Source: a virus (Duplodnaviria; Heunggongvirae; Uroviricota; Caudoviricetes). Taken from it: DNA of 10,159 nucleotides. This document shows, piece by piece, positions 7,335-10,159 of this stretch (positions are counted from its first letter, which is position 1; each line of letters opens with the position of its first letter). A program made the translations under genes and the position numbers. Location: IMG/VR virus record IMGVR_UViG_3300042564_004235. One strand, 5' to 3'. The notes beneath the pieces were generated by a model that was not told the DNA's origin, ran no database searches, and saw only the letters and a program-made list of their open reading frames with translations.

Positions 7335-7946
7335 ATGAAAATAATAATAACAGAAGAACAATTTAATAAGTTACAAGAAAGTGACAAGGATTTTAACAAA
7401 ACAAAAACTCTTGTCAACTCTATGTTTGAACAAGGATATAGTATTGATGACATACTTAAATTTACTGGTTTAGATAAAGATGTTGTTATAGTGTTATTTT
7501 ATGACCGTGAAATTATAAAAGACCAAATAGAAGAAAGTATAGATAAATATGAATACTTATATCACTTACTTTGGGATGGTGAATTATTAAATAAAACACA
7601 CAAATACGAAGACGGATCAATTGCTATTATTGGGTTTGATCGTTTTTCGGGGTCAATTCATTTTAATTATTTGTCAGAAGGTTATGAACTAAGAGGTTAT
7701 GCGACGTTATTTTGGGAGTATGACCCAAAGTTACCAATAGATATTAGTCAGTTTTTTGATATTGATGATACTGAATATGATGTGGATGGTTCTGAACACT
7801 CAAGTGTCGATTTAAGAACAGATGAAAAATTTAATAATATTAGAACATTAAGACAGTTAGTTGATTATTTTAATAATGATTATTATATTATGTTAAAAGA
7901 AGAATTGGATCCTTTATTAAAAAGATGTATAAAATACTATTTATAA
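7335..7946 (+). CDS. Tagged acidic hypothetical protein (203 aa)
   Basis: Starts MKIIITEEQFNKLQE, 8 nt after the upstream stop. D/E- and Y/F-rich. Confidence 0.85.
   Translation: MKIIITEEQFNKLQESDKDFNKTKTLVNSMFEQGYSIDDILKFTGLDKDVVIVLFYDREIIKDQIEESIDKYEYLYHLLWDGELLNKTHKYEDGSIAIIGFDRFSGSIHFNYLSEGYELRGYATLFWEYDPKLPIDISQFFDIDDTEYDVDGSEHSSVDLRTDEKFNNIRTLRQLVDYFNNDYYIMLKEELDPLLKRCIKYYL
7938..7945 (+). promoter_or_regulatory. TATTTATA motif before ATG 7949; candidate phage-specific promoter
   Basis: TATTTATAACTA here is identical over 12 nt to the minus-strand sequence starting at 10039 upstream of the 40-aa ORF. Confidence 0.4.
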
Positions 7947-7948
7947 CT

Positions 7949-8206
7949 ATGAAAACCTATAGACAAAACCTTAATCTTTGGTTAGAACAAAAAAAGAACT
8001 CAAGTGAGAACAATGAGATTAAAAACATTTTATCTGAAGTTCAAAAACATATTAAAAACATTGAAAAAGAGGAAGAACATATGGTTAATAACGCATATGA
8101 ATCTGGATATTACGATAAGGAGTTAAATAGAGGTAAAAAAGGAAATTATTACCAACAAAACTTCAAAATGCATGATAAACTTAAACAATTATTAAATTTA
8201 AATTAA
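7949..8206 (+). CDS. Small hypothetical protein (85 aa) resembling a common Bacteroidota-phage family (MK..WL...EKE..I.NAY..G...YY...F)
   Basis: ATG 7949, just past the upstream stop at 7946 and 4 nt after TATTTAT, is preferred over 7925. Family resemblance is from memory only. Confidence 0.65.
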   Translation: MKTYRQNLNLWLEQKKNSSENNEIKNILSEVQKHIKNIEKEEEHMVNNAYESGYYDKELNRGKKGNYYQQNFKMHDKLKQLLNLN

Positions 8207-8207
8207 A

Positions 8208-8522
8208 ATGGAAATAACTACACAAGAATTAGAACAAAAAATACAAAACGGAGAAAAGGTAATAGTAGAGATGTGGGCACCTTGGTGTGGTCCTTGTAGA
8301 ATGTTAAAACCTGTATTTGAAAAAGTTGCTCAAAACAATGATACTGATGTTCAAATGTATACATTAAACATTGATGAAAATAGAGACACTGCTATTAAAT
8401 ACGGAGTGAGAAGTATACCAACAATTAAAGTTTTTGATGGAGGAGAGGTTAAAGAAACCAGAGTTGGTGTGATTGCAGAACAAAGTATTAAAGAATTAGT
8501 TTCAAACCTTTTATTAAATTAA
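8208..8522 (+). CDS. trxA: Thioredoxin
   Basis: 104 aa with the WAPWCGPC active site, the cis-Pro motif VRSIPT and the C-terminal RVG..A. Confidence 0.95.
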   Translation: MEITTQELEQKIQNGEKVIVEMWAPWCGPCRMLKPVFEKVAQNNDTDVQMYTLNIDENRDTAIKYGVRSIPTIKVFDGGEVKETRVGVIAEQSIKELVSNLLLN

Positions 8523-8526
8523 TTAT

Positions 8527-8694
8527 ATGAAAAAACTTTTTGTAACAATAACTTTATTTTGTATTTTAGCATCCTGTAAATCATCTAAAGCAAATTGTGA
8601 AGCATATGGAAACAACACAAATCAAACTGACAAAAATAGAAGTGACGATCCAAGAAATGTGGGCGGCGACTCGACCTATCATACAAAAAAGTAA
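8527..8694 (+). CDS. Small lipoprotein (55 aa; not in ORF track)
   Basis: MKKLFVTITLFCILAS|CKSSKANCEAYGNNTNQTDKNRSDDPRNVGGDSTYHTKK*. It has a basic N-region, a hydrophobic core and the lipobox LAS-C17. ATG is 4 nt after the trxA stop and TAA is at 8692-8694. Confidence 0.75.
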   Translation: MKKLFVTITLFCILASCKSSKANCEAYGNNTNQTDKNRSDDPRNVGGDSTYHTKK

Positions 8695-8749
8695 AAAAGA
8701 ATACTCTCGTAAAGAAAAACATAAGAAAAAGTTTGGAAGTTTAGATTAG
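8606..8749 (+). CDS. Small basic protein (47 aa; not in ORF track) with an ArfA/BrfA-like C-terminal motif
   Basis: METTQIKLTKIEVTIQEMWAATRPIIQKSKKEYSRKEKHKKKFGSLD*. ATG 8606, TAG 8747-8749. Overlaps the lipoprotein gene by 89 nt in another frame. Confidence 0.6.
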   Translation: METTQIKLTKIEVTIQEMWAATRPIIQKSKKEYSRKEKHKKKFGSLD

Positions 8750-8763
8750 ATTACATATCTTTG
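8732..8763 (+). promoter_or_regulatory. Bacteroidota primary-sigma promoter
   Basis: TTTG at 8732-8735, 20-nt spacer, TATCTTTG at 8756-8763, upstream of ATG 8788. Confidence 0.75.
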
Positions 8764-8787
8764 TATCACAAATAAACCGATAAACAT

Positions 8788-9540
8788 ATGATGAACTTAG
8801 AACAACTTAAAAAACAGGCACCTTCAGTATTCGCTACACAAGCGTCACCTTCAGTATCTAACCAATACGTATTCGTCCCTACAATGGATATTTTGGAGAA
8901 CTTCCAAAACGCAGGATGGGAAATTGCATCCGCAAGACAAACAGGTAGAACACAATACGGAGTACATGAAATCCGTTTACGTAACGGAGAATTACCAAAG
9001 GTAGGTGACACGTTGGTTGAAGCAATCATCCGTAACTCTCACAACGGTATGTCAACTCTTAGTGTGAGTGCTGGACTACACCGACTTGTATGTTCAAACG
9101 GACTTACAGTACCAACATCAACGGCAGAGTCATTCAGGGTAAAACACCAAAGATTTGAACTTGACGACGTTAAAAGACTTACAGAGTCATTCGCATCTAA
9201 ACTACCAAAGATTGAGATGTCAGTAAATCGCATGATGGAGAAAGAACTATCTACTGATGAGAAGATTGATTTTTTACGTAAGTCTACAGAGGTGAGATTT
9301 GGTCAAAACAAAGTATTGACGGATTTAGAAATGGTTGGTCTATTAGCACCAAACAGAAAAGAAGACGAGGGGGACGATTTGTGGAGAGTATTAAATGTAG
9401 TACAAGAGAAGTTCGTCAGAGGAGGGGTGGAAATGTCATCACCAAAAGGACGAAGAACTAAACTCAGAGGTCTACAAAACATAATGGCCCTAAACAAAGT
9501 GAATACAAAACTTTGGGAGTTGGCCGAGGAAATGATATAA
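8788..9540 (+). CDS. DUF932/DUF945-family protein (YafZ/YubP-like)
   Basis: Motifs PSVFA..S..Y.F.PT..IL...GW, H.IRLR and NSHNG.S.....AGL.RLVCSNGL match my recollection of the DUF932 family. Confidence 0.8.
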   Translation: MMNLEQLKKQAPSVFATQASPSVSNQYVFVPTMDILENFQNAGWEIASARQTGRTQYGVHEIRLRNGELPKVGDTLVEAIIRNSHNGMSTLSVSAGLHRLVCSNGLTVPTSTAESFRVKHQRFELDDVKRLTESFASKLPKIEMSVNRMMEKELSTDEKIDFLRKSTEVRFGQNKVLTDLEMVGLLAPNRKEDEGDDLWRVLNVVQEKFVRGGVEMSSPKGRRTKLRGLQNIMALNKVNTKLWELAEEMI

Positions 9541-9544
9541 AAAG

Positions 9545-9577
9545 AAATGGGGGTCAATGACCCCCATTTTTGTTTTA
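9545..9577. terminator. Bidirectional intrinsic terminator between convergent genes
   Basis: Stem AAATGGGGGTC (9545-9555) / GACCCCCATTT (9559-9569), loop AAT, with a T tract after and an A tract before. Lies between the stops at 9540 (+) and 9584 (-). Confidence 0.9.
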
Positions 9578-9583
9578 ATTTTA

Positions 9584-9868
9584 TTAAAGGTTTTTCAAAA
9601 CCATCTCTAAAGAATAGATAGACTCTTTATCTTGTTTGGTCTTAACTTTCTTTGACTTTAAGTAATTTAAAGACTCAAGAAGTTCATCTTTTTTATTTTT
9701 AACAGGAACAGAAGTAACAGACATTGAGTTTTCTACCTGTGTATAAACAGGTTTTTCAACATAAACAACTTCAGTTTGTTTTGGGTATAAGGTGTTATAA
9801 ACCTCTAATGCTGTTTTAGCATGACGAGTGGTGCAACGAATAACAAGGTATTTTAATAGTTCTTTCAT
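9584..9868 (-). CDS. Hypothetical protein (94 aa)
   Basis: ORF with tandem TAA TAA stops, a host-type promoter immediately upstream and a terminator downstream. No family recognised. Confidence 0.75.
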   Translation of the reverse strand: MKELLKYLVIRCTTRHAKTALEVYNTLYPKQTEVVYVEKPVYTQVENSMSVTSVPVKNKKDELLESLNYLKSKKVKTKQDKESIYSLEMVLKNL

Positions 9869-9872
9869 ACCT

Positions 9873-9904
9873 CAAAGATACAAAAAAACAATCTATTTAC
9901 CTAA
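9873..9904 (-). promoter_or_regulatory. Bacteroidota-type promoter, probably giving a (near-)leaderless mRNA
   Basis: Minus-strand TATCTTTG at 9880-9873, only 4 nt (AGGT) before ATG 9868. TTAG, one mismatch to TTTG, lies 20 nt upstream at 9904-9901. Confidence 0.6.
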
Positions 9905-10015
9905 CTCTTCTTTATATTTTTGAAGTAATTTATTGTTGTTTTCAATAAGTCTAAGTGTCTTTAAAATACTTTTTCTTGACTTACCTTTTTTTCCTTCTTT
10001 TCTTGCCTTTGCCAT
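9893..10015 (-). CDS. Small very basic protein (40 aa; not in ORF track)
   Basis: MAKARKEGKKGKSRKSILKTLRLIENNNKLLQKYKEELGK*. ATG 10015, TAG 9895-9893, with an A-rich leader and TATTTATA upstream. It fills an otherwise empty gap. Confidence 0.6.
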   Translation of the reverse strand: MAKARKEGKKGKSRKSILKTLRLIENNNKLLQKYKEELGK

Positions 10016-10031
10016 TTTACTTTATTTTAGT

Positions 10032-10058
10032 TATAAATACTTTTAAAGTAATATTTAT
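10032..10058. promoter_or_regulatory. Back-to-back TATTTAT motifs around an inverted repeat; candidate divergent promoter
   Basis: Minus-strand TATTTATA at 10039-10032 and plus-strand TATTTAT at 10052-10058 flank TACTTT-T-AAAGTA (10038-10050), between divergent ATGs at 10015 (-) and 10064 (+). Confidence 0.45.
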
Positions 10059-10063
10059 TATTT

Positions 10064-10159
10064 ATGAGACGACTAATTAAAGAAAACGAAGATAAAAAAG
10101 AAAGAGTATCAGAGTCCATACAAACTCTAATTCATATTATTGAGGTAAATAAAAAAAGT
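10064..10159 (+). CDS. 3'-partial hypothetical protein
   Basis: MRRLIKENEDKKERVSESIQTLIHIIEVNKKS... is open to the window end and preceded by TATTTAT. Confidence 0.55.
   Translation, partial: MRRLIKENEDKKERVSESIQTLIHIIEVNKKS

Larger units (their letters stand above)
6000..7355 (+). repeat. Dispersed identical 21-nt direct repeat ATGAAAATAATAATAACAGAA at four consecutive gene starts
   Basis: Exact copies start at 6000, 6548, 6952 and 7335. Diverged copies at 1537 (ATGAAAGTAATAATAACACAA), 4462 (ATGAAAATAATATTAACTGAA) and 5431 (ATGAAAGTAATACTAACTGAA). Confidence 0.95.

Noticed and set aside
6000-7355. Repeated 21-mer as a CRISPR array or integron attC sites
   Set aside because: Spacing is 380-550 nt and irregular, each repeat is the translated start of a gene, and there is no palindrome, attC-like hairpin, cas gene or integrase in the window.
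7949-7987. MKTYRQ... resembling the T4 capsid-targeting sequence MKTYQEF
   Set aside because: Only four residues match. The rest resembles a common small Bacteroidota-phage protein family, and it does not fit the local tag consensus.
8527-8749. Overlapping lipoprotein pair as Rz/Rz1 spanins
   Set aside because: The order is wrong (the lipoprotein is upstream), the partner has no N-terminal transmembrane helix or long coiled coil, and the pair is far from the lysozyme.
3097-9557. Minus-strand track ORFs 3097-3456, 5337-5552, 6860-7045, 7268-7453, 8766-9029, 9039-9233 and 9303-9557
   Set aside because: They are antisense shadows of confident plus-strand genes, with S/F/L-rich composition typical of reverse-complemented A-rich coding DNA.
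1-10159. Stop-codon reassignment (TAG or TGA recoding as in some Bacteroidota phages)
   Set aside because: ORFs tile the window almost completely in the standard code. TGA ends several long genes at ATGA overlaps, and TAG does not interrupt the long ORFs.
1-10159. tRNA, rRNA, transposase or IS ends
   Set aside because: There is no intergenic space large enough and no cloverleaf, rRNA-like GC-rich segment, DDE motif or terminal inverted repeats were seen.

Overview
AT-rich, gene-dense window that reads cleanly in the standard genetic code. It most plausibly comes from a large tailed phage of a Bacteroidota host. This is inference: no capsid, terminase or tail gene is present, but there are three Bacteroidota-type TAnnTTTG promoters, no Shine-Dalgarno sites and a lipoprotein signal. 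Recognisable products are a GH24/T4-type lysozyme (4462-5430), a WCGPC thioredoxin (8208-8522), a DUF932/DUF945-family protein (8788-9540), one or two PD-(D/E)xK-like nuclease domains and a LETM1-like hydrophobic segment. The main unexplained structure is an array of mostly unrelated, mainly acidic proteins (1537-7946). Seven begin with the same ~15-aa peptide M-K-[IV]-I-[IL]-T-[EQ]-x-Q-[YFL]-x-x-[LI]-x-E, and an eighth copy sits inside the 503-aa protein. The tag is also conserved as DNA and usually supplies the stop codons of the preceding gene. It resembles a capsid-targeting and prohead-protease-cleaved leader (analogous to the T4 internal-protein CTS) that doubles as a gene-cassette junction. 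Four ORFs missing from the track were found: a 55-aa lipoprotein (8527-8694), an overlapping 47-aa protein with an ArfA/BrfA-like KSKKExxxKxKHK motif (8606-8749), a 40-aa basic protein (10015-9893, minus strand) and a partial ORF at the right edge. No tRNA, rRNA, CRISPR array or transposase was seen.
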